Below are positions 13,794 through 29,069 of a stretch of DNA of 64,000 nt, one piece after another. The notes under the pieces were generated by a model. The model did no database searches, had not been told where the DNA came from, and worked only from the letters and a program-made list of their open reading frames with translations. The position numbers and the translations under genes are program-made. Positions within the stretch are counted from its first letter, which is position 1. Each line of letters begins with the position of its first letter. The stretch comes from the human T2T-CHM13v2.0 reference genome, Homo sapiens: the NCBI RefSeq assembly GCF_009914755.1, contig NC_060936.1, one strand, 5' to 3'.

Positions 13794-14015
13794 CGTGACT
13801 TAGCACTGATGATGTTGACCATGACCACCTGACTCAGGTAGTGTCTGCCGGGTTTCTCCACTGTAAAGTTCCTGTTTACCCTCTTTTCATACTCATTTTT
13901 CAGATGGGGAAACTGAGGTTAGAAGTTAAATGATTATGTCAAAACTAAAAAGTAATAAAACCAAAATTGGAAGGCAAGGCTTCTCACTCCTTGTTCTGAG
14001 TTTCTTCCACTCTAC

Positions 14016-14346
14016 CAGGAGTTGGCAAACGACAATGGTCCAGGGGCCAAATCTATCCCAGCACCTGTTTTTCATAAGGGCTGTAGTTTTAAGCTGTTGG
14101 GAAAAAAAATCAAATGGACAATATTTCATGACATGTAAAACTTACATTAAATTCAAATTTCAGTGTCCATAAGTTTATTGGAACACGGCTATGCTTGCCT
14201 GTTTACATATTGCCTATAGCTGCTTTCATGATACATTGGCCAACTTGAGTAGTTACGGCAGAGACTTATGGTCCACAAAGGTTAAAATATTTCAGCTTAA
14301 AAATGTAAAATATCTGGCCCTTTACAGAAAGTGTTTGCCAACACTG
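14016..14346 (+). mobile_element. MER58B inserted in a MIR end
   Basis: TIRs caggagttggcaaac / gtttgccaacactg; 8-bp TSD cactctac/cactatac. Confidence 0.88.
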
Positions 14347-14373
14347 CACTATACCATGATGCTAAGCTGCCTC

Positions 14374-14420
14374 TTTATTTTTTATCTATCTATCTATTTA
14401 TTTATTTATTTATTTATATA
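14374..14420. repeat. (TCTA)/(TTTA)n microsatellite
   Basis: tttatctatctatctatttatttatttatttattta. Confidence 0.85.
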
Positions 14421-17292
14421 CTTTTGTCAGGGATAGAGAAAAGCAGCAGCTCTTAATCTCTTAAGATGGGTTCATTGTGCAATATACAAAGTGTAAAACA
14501 AAATCCTCTAAAACATTTCTTTAGGGGCTCAGACTTGAGGTTTGCTCAGCTTTCCCACTCTTAGTGATGATATCACATAAGCGCAGTGGAGAGCTTGAGT
14601 GTGGGAGAGAAGAAGAGATGCAGAGACAGGGACACAGAGCAGGGAGAGGCAGAGACACATACATTACTCTGGACATTAGAATTGGAGAGAAGAAGAGTGA
14701 CTCCCCCAATTAACAGATCATAGATAAAATTTGTGCAATGAGTCTAAAACACCCCAAAAACCAAAAAACAAAACGTACCGGGGAGGCTGTGACAGGCCAG
14801 GATCTTTTAAATGCAAAAATCTGAGATCTTCCTCCAACATGTACAGCAAAGACATTCTTAGAAACGTTGCCTACATGTTTCCAAGTCTCAGCTGCTCCAA
14901 CAGCATGCTCAAGAGACTGCCTCTCCACTCTCTCCCTCACTCAAACATGACCCCCATCATTCCTATCTGCAGACGACAAGGCTGGCTACTCGCCCAACTC
15001 CAAAACTGTTCTCTGTTTATTTCTAACTCTAGGAAACGACAGAGATGTCTCAAGAGAACTGTATTCTGGGGTGTTACGTTCCGATTTTTATTGTATGTAT
15101 AATACAGAAAGCTACTTTTCGTTTTTGTCTCAGTATCTTTTGTGAATAGTCACTTTTCTAAGTTCATATCGAATACCTATGAAATTTCTTAGGAGGCCCC
15201 TCCTTTAGAAAAATATTTTGCAAGGCAGATAAAAAGCTGGCACCATTCAAGAATCAGGAAAGTGGGATAATCCTTGGAGAGGAAAATGCAACTGTCACAA
15301 AAAGACAAAGGGCGAAGTGAAGGCCGTGTGAGGATAACTTCATGAAAGCAGATAATAGAAAAAAGAACTGATGTTAGAAAGTTCAAGGTTAAGGACATTG
15401 CTGAAGCTGTGTCATCATTCTGACCTCAGGAACTCTGCATTTAATACTTTATACTTTCAAAAATGTGTTTCACCATCACAGCAATCCAGTGAGGTTAGGA
15501 ATTAGCTTCACTTTTCAAGTCAAGTCCAGGCATTAAATGGCTCATTTAAGTTACCTCCATGAGATCAGGGCTCAGCTGGATCATCACTGTATACCCAGAG
15601 CCAACCATTATGCCTTGGAACACAGCAGGTGCTCAATAAAGACTTGCTGGGAAAATGTCATTAGGCCGATTGACAAATCCCCAAATCTTCTATCTCCTAG
15701 TATTTACATCACTAATGGATAAAGACGACCCCCTGCTACAATAAATACCCCTCTCCTTTCTATTCTACCATCAAGGTGCAATTTGTTGATCAATGACTTC
15801 CCAGCTTAGGCATCCTCTAAGTGCAGCTCTGACACTCAGTGAGTCAATCGCAGACACAGAGAGCAAGGAGAGGGCCTCAAAATCCCATTTCTTACAGGAG
15901 AGGATGGGTTATATTAATCTTAAAACACAAATGTGGACACCACAGTATTTCTAGAGGATCAGTATTTATGGAGGAGACGTTACCTTTTAATAATTAAGTC
16001 CTAAGGTGGCTTTTCAAACTTACGGATGGGACTGGCTTACTTAACAGTTTAGCAATAAGAAAATAAAGCACAAGATGAGAATTCTGCACAACTCGCCTTC
16101 TGGTAGAAGCCATATCTGTGAAGCAGAACGAGTATAAGGATTCTAAAAAAAGCAGAAGAAAATCCAGCTGTCTTTCTGTGATCATCTCATAAGAACAGCA
16201 ACTCTCAATCACAGTCTACTTAGTACAATCGATTCATTAACACCTATTTACATAATAACACCAGGGTTTGAGGCTACAATTTTCTGTACAGAGGCATGAT
16301 TTTAAAGCAAGTATCTTCACAATGCCACACAATGATCCTCAAGGCATGAAGATATCTAGCAGACAATGCCATGGGCTTCTGGAGTCCCCTTTAAAATTTT
16401 ATTTTTCCTTTTCAGTCCCAGGAATGAATAGGGACTTCCTGGAAATGCCATCTAACCTTGTATTTTAGAGACATTGTTGGGGATAACAAGGCATGAAATT
16501 GCTTTCCAAAAGAAATCATTTTTCTGTTTCAATAAATGGTGCTGGATATTGGGGGAGTCCATTCAATAGCCGATTTGAATAAGGGAGAGCAAAGAAACTC
16601 TTTAGATGCTGTTCAAGTTATTCCTGGATTGAGATATTGGTACTGAGAGATGATGAGAAAAGAATTTATTTAAAAAGAAAATGTGAAGAGCAGTTGGTCA
16701 TGAGAGAGAGAGTGACTGTGTTATTCTCAAGAAAACAGTAGACTGTCCCCAGTTTTTGCCACCAGGCCGCCCAGCTATGATGGGATAACTAGATATATAA
16801 AGCCCAGTGTCTGCCAAGGGCAAATTGGTTCCTCAGGTAAAGCACAAATAAGTCACTAGCTTGACAGTAGAATCAGCAGCAGGTTGTTTTGGTTTTTTGT
16901 TTTTTGTCTTCTATTTTTTGTTTTGTTTTGTTTTTTCAGTAAGACAACAAAGAGCTCACAGTCCCCAAAAGAAAAAGTTACTTTCTTGCCAACATTGGTC
17001 AAAAGTATGATTCTTTTAGAAAAATTCAATGAAGGTTTCCTCTCCCAACCCCATCAAGGCAGGAAATGGAATTGTATTTCTTAAATGAATGAATGTTTTC
17101 ATAATATTTATGTTTTTGGATATATATGATCATTAAAATGTGACTTCTATTTGCATGTGAAGTGGAGACAAATTAGAATTGATTGCATGTGGAGATTTTG
17201 TTTGTTTCGTATCCTTTTGTATATGCTATGAAATCTTAAAATCATTAGACCAGGAGGAGCCTGGAGGGGCCATTGGATCCACCTTACGTCTC

Positions 17293-17430
17293 TCTGCTTC
17301 CAAGTGTGGGCCTTGGACTAGCAGCATCAACATCTTCCGAGACCCTGTTAGAAATGCAGTGGACCCCATCTCAGACCTAATAAATTAGAATCTGCTTTAC
17401 TACAAGATTGCCAGGTGATCTGTATGCACT
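17293..17430. mobile_element. MER5A-like hAT-Charlie MITE
   Basis: caagtgtgggccttggactagcagcatcaacatc...tgttagaaatgcag...ccaggtgatctgtatgcac. Confidence 0.75.
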
Positions 17431-17719
17431 TCCATCTCCCATCTTCTTCAGCTGTAACTTTCCTGGTCTCAGACAAACTCATCTAGCCTACAGATGGGTT
17501 AGTGGTCAAGGAGGTAGTGTCCAAGAATCAGAATCACTTTGGCCGTTGGTAGGATGGGTGCTGACTGGCCATGCCTAGGGTCGCATGCTCAGCCCTGGAT
17601 GAAGGAAGGGCCCTAGAACCATGGGGACTTAGATTGAGGAAGAAAATCAAGGCGCTACTATCAGAAGAACAGGGAATGGATGACAGGCAAGCAAACCAAA
17701 AGACCTTCCCAGAAGTGAT

Positions 17720-18198
17720 CAATTACTTGGGATGAGTATCTGACCAAAGTCAGATCAACGAAGAACAATTGCATGACTTTGGCTGTATCTACAGAGAAGG
17801 GGAGGCTCTTAGATTGAGGTTATAAAGTTCATAGAACGTAAACCTAGAGCTGCCACGTGGAGAAAGCCTGCCTGTGAACAAGGCAAACCCCAAGGAAACA
17901 GGGCTGGGAAATGGAGAGAGACCAGGTCCCTGTAAGCTTAGTTGTGTCCCTGAATGTATGGCCACTAACTCCAGGGGGCAGCCTTCACACTGTTTGCTAA
18001 TGCAATGTGACTGTGCCCCTGAAGCTGTGCCATGACATGCCAGCCCTCCCTAGATCCAGCTACACCTGAAGCACATTTTCTCTCTGGACTTTTGTTATCT
18101 GTGCCCATCAACTTCTCCATCTTTTTTTTTTTTTTAATTTTGATTTAAGTCGGTTTGAGGCAGATTTTCTGTGACTTGCAACTGAAACACTGCTGACA
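17720..18198 (+). mobile_element. MLT1K/L-like old MaLR LTR
   Basis: gccacgtggagaaagcctgcctg...gatccagctacacctgaagc...tttaagtcggtttgag...ttctgtgacttgcaactgaaa. Confidence 0.6.
17960..18047. mobile_element. MER91-like palindromic MITE inside the MLT1 LTR
   Basis: aactccagggggcagccttcaca...atgtgactgtgcccctgaagctgtgc, an imperfect inverted repeat like the MER91 core. Confidence 0.6.
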
Positions 18199-18269
18199 CC
18201 CATGCGGTGAGTTTTAAAAATATTCATGCTCATCCCAGACCAAAACTTTTTCTCCTGCAAAAGACAGAC

Positions 18270-19585
<1,316 letters not shown>

Positions 19586-22227
19586 CCCTCCTCTTTCTTT
19601 TATTAATACAACTACTGGTCTAAAGAAACTGAGAATGCATGTCCCAAGCAAGAAGTCTGGAGACTGAGAAATCAGCGGCCCCCTCTTGTCTAATTAGGCC
19701 AAGAGCTGAGCATATCATACTCACAAATGAAAAATCACTGAAAGAACTTCATTAATTGGCTAGGGTAGAGCTGTAGTGGGAGTGGAAATTATTTTTCCCA
19801 GGAGCAGCAGGGCAGAAAGATTCAGCTATGGAAACATCTGTCCTACTGTTAGGTGCTGCAGGGCATGTTGCAGAAATTCCCAGGACCCATCAATCAAAGC
19901 AACCCTACTGGTAAATACTTTCTCTCCTGTGATGTGAATCCTCAGTGGCCTCTGGCCTGCCCTACTGGCCATTTAGAATTACCAAGCCCTCCTTTGGAAC
20001 AACACTGTTTTCTGAAGCTCTTCCCTTATTCTTTTATCCCTTCTAATACATGCGCAGCTGGAAACATTTAAAGCTTCAAGCATAGTTTAAATGAAAAGTG
20101 TAAGTAAGGCCGTGTGTTGATTCTTAAGCTCCAACTCTCCTGATTACGAGGGTTAGACAGTCTCTGCCATGACTCTGTGTGATCTGCAGTGGCCACGGTG
20201 TACTCACTGACACTGAAACAGCAAACACTGGAACACATCAGGGTGACCTGAGACACTCAGAGCCAAGTCCACCACACAGTGACAGCTGCTGTTTGGGAAG
20301 CTCATGATTGGCATTCGAGTTGGCTATCATTTTACGGGTTTAAAATGTGCAACCCAAGCATGACGATGTTATTGTTTCCATCAAGCTGTAATTAACCTAC
20401 GAATTAACCACTGCTACATTGATTCAATTCAAGGCTATCTTAGAAAGAGTTTGATCCCAACTTTTGGGATTAGAAACTCGTTCTCCGCTTCTTTTTTCCC
20501 AACAAAGCTCCTCCTCCTCTCCAAATTATGTATTTTACCAGTTAGAAGAGTTATTACTTGGTAGCCTTCTGAAATGATACATGCAGGATGGGTGGGGCAG
20601 TGGGAAGTGTGTGGAGAAGGTGGCCCATGTTTCTTACCAGAGGACCACAATTGATTTTGATGCTATCCCTAATGAACACTCAAAGTTTGCAATATTTATC
20701 TTCCTAGGCCTCAGCCTTCTCATCTGCCAACTTTCTTGGGGAATGAGATAGATGATCTCAGAGGTTCCTGTACTGCACCATCAGCACTTGAAACGAAAGC
20801 ACCCAAAAAGGTGAGGTGGCATCTAAAAAATCCCAAAGTTTGGTTGTTTTGAATATTACTGTGGATTTGAGTGTATGTGTTTTGATCTTTCACAGTGCTT
20901 TTCTTAGGAAAATGCTTAGTAAATACTTGTGGAGCTGAGCAACCTTTATCTCTAGTCCAGCTGCCTATAAGACTGTGTGTGTTCAGTTTAAACATTAAAG
21001 GACAGTTCAAGTATGAAAATTTGCAGACCATCCCATTTAAATATATTCAACATGGACTAGTGTCTATTATTCTTTATAGCAAGCTAAGAGGAATGTGTAG
21101 TTCTTTTTCAGTTGGGGAGATTTTAAAAATTACACAGAAAGTCCTAGTTTAAACTAGAACTAGTTTAACCTTGAGCCTCTCAAGTTTGGGCAGATTGTGA
21201 AGCCAGCCAAAGAGGGCTACGAATCATGCCATGGTGTCTAGGGAAATAGCTTTGCCTTTGCTTCACTGCAAGCTTTCCGGTTCCCTCCTTTATTCCACAG
21301 AACATGATGCGGTCACAACAGGTGCCAGATGCCCCATCTGTCCAGAGATTGCTTTAAGCACATCAGTCTGGGCAGCTGCGAACAGAATCTGACCTCATTC
21401 ACTTTATATGTAGTCAGTTAGCATGTGGTCGGGTTAGACTACATCATGGACAAGAGCCCTAACAAAAAAACATCCTGAGCAGTCTGTGACCAGGTCTGAG
21501 TCATTGTTTTACTTCCAGCAACAATGTCAATGCTTAGGATATAGTAGGTACTCACTCAATCAAGGTTAGCTGAATGAATGAAGTATGACAGCTTTCATCA
21601 GTGTTATGACAACATGGCTGGGAGAAAAGATGATCTACGACTATGAGTTTGAATTGAGGGTTACAGAGCCTAGCTTGTAGCACCACATAGTTTTTAGTTT
21701 TAGACGTCATTCCCAATTGAAAGGTTTATACTAAGAACAGGCATACACAGCAAGAAGCTAGCAATATATTGAGATTTTCATAGCTTTAAGTAGAGCATAT
21801 GTACATAAATATGCACATATGCACATTGGGAAACCTATACTTTCACTCACTAAAGCAAACTTCATGATAAATAACTAAAAGACATAAAATTGATTTAACA
21901 AAAATAGCCCAGGGGATTTCTTTTCATCACAACTGAACACTGCAAGTAACAGAATAAGATTCATTCCTAAATGACTCTAGACTCACTAGACTCACTACAA
22001 GTGAAATTTCATCCCCCAAAATACCAACACACAGCAAAAATTTGATCAGTTTTAAGTCTAGAAAGAAATTAGTTTGGACCCCATGCTGCAATATCACACT
22101 GTATCTGTTGAAAGCCCTTCAACATGTTTCACAGCTTGAAACATCAACCGATTCCAGAGATATTGATGGCTAACAATAATTAAACATCTTTTTTTTTTTA
22201 ACTGGAAGCTACTAATAAAATATATCA

Positions 22228-22604
<377 letters not shown>

Positions 22605-23033
22605 TTAAATCCAGATTATACTGTGCTCTCTTCGGCAGCACATACACTAAACAAAACAAAAAGCAGATTACATCACTTTTTAGCTGTGTGATTTTGAATA
22701 ATCAATTTAACTTCTCTGTGCTTCCCATCTATAAAAGGGGGAGAATAAAAGCATGTACTTCATAAGGTCATGGTAAGTATCAAATGAGATAATTGACATA
22801 AAAACTTTTAGGAAGGAAGTTAGCACATGGCAATTAATCAGTAAATGGTTTTTATCATTATTACATCTATCCGCAAAACATGTCCATTTAACAAATGCTC
22901 GCCATTCTAATCATAACCCCATCCTTCCTAAATGCTCAACCTCAGTGTTTCCACCAGCACAATACCAACAGGAAAACCAATTTGTCTTGCATCCCTGTTC
23001 CCAAGTGCCTGATACTGTGCCTGGCCCAGAGTT

Positions 23034-23628
23034 GAGTAAGTCCTCACTTAATACCAGCCATAGGTTCTTGAAACTTTGACTTTCAGTGAAACAGCTGAAT
23101 TGGTATGATGAGACCAATTTTAAGAGTTAAATTCCTACATATTTCTGGTCAGAAAAACATCAACAAACTTCTAAGTAAAGAACCAAAACACTTCTATATT
23201 AAACACTGAAATCAATGTGAGCTAAATATACACTTAAGAAAGATTAATGAAAACAAGTAAGATAATTAGTTACCCAGTTATTCCAGTTCAGGGTTTTATG
23301 TGGCTGGAACCTGTCCCGGCAGCTCAGCTCAGGGTGCGAGGCAAGAACACACCCTGGACAGGACACATCCCATAGCAGGGGGCACTCACACCCACACCCA
23401 CACTCACACTCACTCAGACTGGGCCTATGTAGACACGCCAATTCACCCAATGTGCACATCTTTGGGATGTGGGAGGAAACCAGATTATCCGGAGAAAACC
23501 CACGCAGACATGGGGAGAACGTACAGCCTCCACACAGACAGTGGCCCTGGCCAGGAATCGATTTGTTTCATCATCAATGCAATAACAAAACAATGTTGAA
23601 CAAAATGACGTTATTCAAGGACCCACTA
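23034..23628 (-). mobile_element. MER6/MER6A TcMar-Tigger element inserted in an L2 tail
   Basis: Ends agtaagtcctcactta... and ...acgttattcaaggacccacta+TA; internal tgtgggaggaaacc...aaacccacgcagacatggggagaacgt. Confidence 0.85.
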
Positions 23629-24639
23629 TAGTTGCTCCAAAAATATTGGGTAAGATAGTGAAATGATGATAGCAATATTTTAAAGCACTTAAAAATACAT
23701 CACAAAAAGTATGATATTCACTGTGTTCCTTAAGGGTTAAGGGAGAAAGAGAAGGAATTCTAAGCTTAGATTGCTTTTCTTTTCCCACGGGGATGGAAGG
23801 GAAATGAACAACAGCAGATACTGAAAGGTGCGCTGGAATTAAATTGTGTCAATTCCCCAGCATAATAAAAACAGAAAGTCCATTCTGGAGCCAAGGCTGA
23901 TCACCTATTCATCCACTCTATTTTTTTTTTTTTAAAAAACCACTCTCTCACACAAATTCTCTCTCTTACCAATATACATGACTCACTAAGAATTCACATT
24001 ATATGAAATCACAAAAAAGCAATAGGAATTCAATAAGGCATTTTCTAACTCTCACAAAAGTTTGGCCCCCAGACAGTCGGCAACAGAGAGTGCTGAATTT
24101 CCAACGGATTTACCACTGCTGTCTGACAGCAAGATCCTGTGAAAGAGGTTGGGGCTGACGCTTTGATGCTTTGTATGGGGAGGGGATCCTGCGCTGGGAA
24201 AGGGTCTTAATCAGACCAGTGTGAGCTGCCCACGGCTTGTAATTAAGGCTCTTCCTGGCCAAAGCCCACAGAGATGCCAGGCTTCAAGTACAGGTATTCA
24301 GCACAAAAAGCCAAAATTATCCCCCGGAGTGCAGAGGTTACACGGTTACAAAAGCCGAGGATTTTTTTTTTTTTGTCCTCTTTAGAGAAATAAAATCATG
24401 AACTGCTCCGATATAAAATTAAATGGCAAAATGTCCATGATATAGCAAGCTCCCTTTCCCAAAATAAAGTTGTAGACAATATGTATTAGTGAGTCCATTT
24501 AATTAAGCAAAGCCAAAAACCAAACCCTCTCCACTATCCCCTTTCTCTCTGTAATGCATACATTGAAAGCTTCCTGAAAATAGATATCAAAGTGTTAAAA
24601 CTGATTACCACTGGAAAGTGAGGGGGAGTCTTTAAATTT

Positions 24640-25460
24640 TATATAATCTTTCATCACAGGAAAAGTAAACAGATTAGTTTAATGAACCCTGATGTACCCA
24701 TTACTCGGTTTCAGCAATGATTAATTCATGACTAGTTCTGTTTCATCTATACCCTTCGCTCACTTCCTTTCTTCTGTATTGTTTTGGAGCAAATCCCAAA
24801 TACTATTCACCCTTAAATATTTCAGTATGTATTGTTAAAAACAAGGAAATTTAAAAAAAAAAACATAAAAATAATACCATCATTATACCTAAAATATATC
24901 AATGATAACAATTTAATACTTCAAATATCCAGTGTTTAAACTTCCAATTGTCCCAAAAATGTTTTTTAAGTAAAAAGAAAAACTTGATACAAATTAATTT
25001 AATGAAGTTTAATTGAGCAAAGAACAATTCATGAATCCGGTAGCACTCTGAACCAGAGGAGGTTCAGAAAGCTCTGCTCCATAACTGGGCAGGGAGTATT
25101 TATAGAAAGAAAACAGACATGAGGCACAGAAACAGCTGGATAGGTGGCAGCTCAGAATTTGCCTTATTTGGACATGGTCTGATCAGTTAACAGCCTGTAA
25201 CTGGCTAACACCTAACACCCAGCTCCTTGTTACAAAATACACTCCTAAATTAGGCTTTCAAGTTTATTTACATTCTAAGTTAGGTTAGCTTGTTAAGTAG
25301 GGACTCATGGTATGGAGGCAGTCTCAGGCCAAATTTAGTTTAACATTTGTTTTGTTTTACAGTTGTTTGAATCAAGATTCAAATAAGGACCATATATAAT
25401 GATTGGTTAATATGTCCTTTAAGTCTTTCAATCTATAGGTTCTCCTTCTATCTTACTGGG
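24640..25460 (-). mobile_element. L1MC4-like 3' UTR split by a MER57 LTR
   Basis: ttcatctataccc...aaatatttcagtatgt; resumes ttttacagttgtttgaatcaagattcaaataagg. Confidence 0.7.
24969..25345 (-). mobile_element. MER57E-like ERV1 (MER4 group) solo LTR
   Basis: aaaagaaaaactt...gtttaattgagcaaagaac...ggaggcagtctcaggccaaatttagtttaaca. Confidence 0.75.
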
Positions 25461-25534
25461 TTTTTAAAAAAATAATTACATTTAGAATTTTATGTATCTA
25501 TTAATTTGAAATTGATCACTAATAGGTTTTCTGT

Positions 25535-25808
<274 letters not shown>

Positions 25809-26749
25809 CTGTTTTTTGTTTTTTGTTTTTTTAATGAGGAAGGAAAGAAAAATTAAATAGCTGAGAGTACAGCACTGAGTTCCTTCATTGATGAAAAAAT
25901 AAAAAAGCAACCCATGGTAAGAGATACAGCAGTCATTACAGGATATTCCTCTGTCTCCCAAAAGGCAACTGGACAAGAGTCCATCAATATATAAAACTTG
26001 CTTAAGAGGTAACTTTATGAAGCTAGTGAACTATCAGTAGCACAGTGAGACCAATGGCAGTGTAAAATGTCATCAGAAATGTCATCACAAATCCATCTGA
26101 GGGAACAGACAAATCAGCTTAACTGTCGGTGTGTCTTGGTTCTGCCCTAGTTAAGAATGGAAATGGGGGTTATTAGGAAGACAGAAGGGAGAAATCATAT
26201 TGGGGAAGCAACGGGTAAATGTTCACTGTCATCACTGTTTATATTTGTTGTGCTGTGATGCTCTTGTTAAATATGGGAGGTGGTTTCAGTGCTGAAATTA
26301 ACTTCCAATTGGTAGAAGTTGGGGAGAGAAGGTTTCCAATTGTCAAAGTACAGGATGATGCCTTACACTTGGTACGTACTACACACATTTGTTGAAAGGA
26401 ACATAAAATAGCTTAAATTTTTAAGGCAGATAGCCAATGATGCTTCCCAAACTACAAGACCAAGAAAAGTAAATTTACGGACTCTCCATGTCACCCCACC
26501 TGCATTGAAAAAGAGTCCGTATTTACATACATGCTTGAATCTCTTAGTTGGTTATGCAAACAAGCAGCATTCATTGATCAAATATTTGTCATCGTGTCTT
26601 TCCTTGTAATGGAAATCAAAGAATCATATCATTAAAAAAGTCAAATTCATAGAAGTAGAAAGTAGAATGGTGGTTACCAGAGGCTGGGGGTGGGGACGGG
26701 GAGAGGGATGGGGAAAGGAAAGACGCTGAACAAAAGGTACAAAGTTTCA

Positions 26750-27040
26750 GACCATGCACAATGGCTCACACCTGAAATCCCAGCACTTTGGGAGGCTAAG
26801 ATGGGAGGATTACTTGAGGCCAGGCGTTTGAGACCAGCCTGGGCAACATAGCGAGATCCAGTCTCTATAAAAAAACATTTTAAAAAATTAGCCAGGCATA
26901 GTGGCATGCACCTGTAGTCTTAGTTACTCAGGAAGGGGAAGTGGGAAGATGGCTGGAGCCCAGGAGTTCAAGGCTGCAGTGAGATATGATTGTACCACTG
27001 CATTCCAGCCTAGGCAACAGAGTGAGACTTTGTCCCAACA
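26750..27040 (+). mobile_element. AluJ
   Basis: J-type right arm ggagttcaaggctgcagtgag. Confidence 0.9.
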
Positions 27041-27158
27041 TTTTTTTTTTTTTTTAGTTAGACTACAGAAATAAGCTTTAGTGATCTATTGCACAGAATT
27101 TTGACTATAATTAATAATAACATAATATGTATTTCAAACTTGCTAAAATAGATTTTAG

Positions 27159-27460
27159 GGCCGGGTGCAGTGGCTCACACTCGTAATCCCAGGACCTTGA
27201 GCAGCCAAGGTGGGAGGGTAACTTCAGGCCTGGAGTTGGAAACCAGCCTGGGCAAGATGGTGAGACCTCCATCTCTACAAAATAATACAAAAATAAGCTG
27301 GGCATGGTGGTGTGCGCCTGTAGTCCCAGCTACTTAGGAGGCTTAGTGTGAGGATCTCTTGAGCCCAGGAGTTCAAGGCTGCAGTGAGCTATGATCATGC
27401 CACTACATTCCAGCCTGGATGACAGAGCAAGACACTGTCTCTCTTTTATTTATTTATTTT
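27159..27460 (+). mobile_element. AluJ
   Basis: J-type arms; TSD taaa(a/g)tagatttta. Confidence 0.9.
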
Positions 27461-27687
27461 TAAAGTAGATTTTAAATGTTCTTACCACAAAAAGAAGATA
27501 AGTATGTCAGGTGATGGCTATGTTAATTAGCTTGATCTAATTGTTACACAACTTAAACATATATCAAAACATTTCATCATACCCTTTACATATATACAAT
27601 TATCGTCAATTAAAAAGCTTTTAAAATAATTTTAATAATTCTAGTTTCTTTCTCTTTTTTGGCATATCCCTTTAAAAAATAAAATCC

Positions 27688-27978
27688 AGCTGGGCGCGGT
27701 AGCTCATGCCTGTAATCCCAGCACTTTGGGAGGCCAAGGCGGGCAGATCAGGAGGTCAGGAGATCTAGACCATCCTGGCTAACACGGTGAAACCCTGTCT
27801 CTACTAAAAATACAAAAAATCAGCCGGGCGTGGTGGCGGGCGCCTGTAGTCCCAGCTACTCAGGAGGCTGACGACGGAGAATGTCGTGAACCTAGGAGGC
27901 AGAGCTTGCAGTGAGCCGAGATGGCGCCACTGCACTCCAGCCTGGGCGACAGAGCAAGACTCGATCTCAAAAATAAAT
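27688..27978 (+). mobile_element. AluY
   Basis: accatcctggctaacacggtg, gagcttgcagtgag; TSD aaataaaatcc. Confidence 0.92.
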
Positions 27979-29069
27979 AAATAAAATCCTACAACATATT
28001 ACACATTTAAATCAAATAAGAGTTGAGTTGGGCCTGTTAGAATAAGACTGGAGGACTTGAAACCCTCCCACTAATCTAGTCCTACTTACCACATAATACT
28101 AGTAACTCCTACAATATCAGCTTGAATATCTCTAGTGACAGGGAGTTTACTACCTCACAGGACATAATCTTATTCTAGTTTCAGTTCCTGATACTAAAGC
28201 AATTTCCTACTATTGACCAAAAGTCTGATTTCCTGTAATGTCTACTCAGTGGACCAAAACCCTCTTCTACAAGTGAATATTTCAAGTATCTTAAGACAGC
28301 TGTCATCCCGCTCAGCTCTGCAGTCTGCAGCTCACCACCCCCAGTTCTTCAACTGTTACTCACCAGACATGGTCACTGCTCCTTATCATCCTGCTCCCCT
28401 TTCACTGGGTATGTTTTGGGAGTTTTAAATATGCCCTTGACCCAGGGGAGTATGCTAACCGCTCAGTGTCTGTCGAATTTATTTCTCAACTGGCTTTTAT
28501 CAACGCACACATTTTCTGTCTTTGTCAGTCAACCCTGTTTCTAATTTTCAGCCCTAAGCCTGAGAGAATGCCCATCAAAACTCATCTCTTGACTTCTTGC
28601 TGTACTTCCTGAACTTGGATTATCTTCTCCTCTTCGTATACCGTAGGCTCCCCAGACTCATCATTCATAGCAAATGCCCTGCGCTCCAGCAGACAATGTG
28701 ATGCCTTTCTTGATGCTGCTACTTTTCCCAGCTCAATCCAAAGGCCCAGAAAAAAGTTCTCCTCTTGTCTGTATTCTTCCTAAAACAGAATACAACACCC
28801 CAGATGTGCCTCGGTCACCTCAGAGTTCAGTGTGACTGTTCTTTCCTCTCTCCATAGAGTGCTTCTCTTCAAGTAGATGGGTCATATTAGTGAATGTGTC
28901 TGGGGGGGTTTTAGCAGCTGCCCCTCCCTGTTCGCTCATCTCAAGCTCACAGCTGGCCATCAGTCTCCACTGGCCACAGCTACTCCTAGCTGTCTCCAAT
29001 GAGGTGGCCCCCCTGCAGATTTAGTTGGGCCCTGAACCAATGACAACCAGGATTGATAATAGAGTAAGA

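Larger units (their letters stand above)
12150..13890 (-). mobile_element. L1MC/L1MD 3' UTR, split by a MER21 LTR
   Basis: agaacagttttagatttatagcaaagttgc...atcaacgtg resumes at about 13794 as gtgacttagcactgatgatgttgacc...gtttctccactgtaaagtt. Confidence 0.75.
26625..27617 (+). mobile_element. L1MA8/9-like 3' UTR carrying two AluJ insertions
   Basis: agtagaatgtggttaccagaggctggg...aaaggtacaaagtttca|gttagac...tagattttaaatgttcttaccacaaaa. Confidence 0.8.

Noticed and set aside
27030-27060. Sense AluJ ending in T15 instead of poly(A)
   Set aside because: Probably slippage expansion of the ttt in the duplicated target (aagtttca), not an unusual insertion mechanism.
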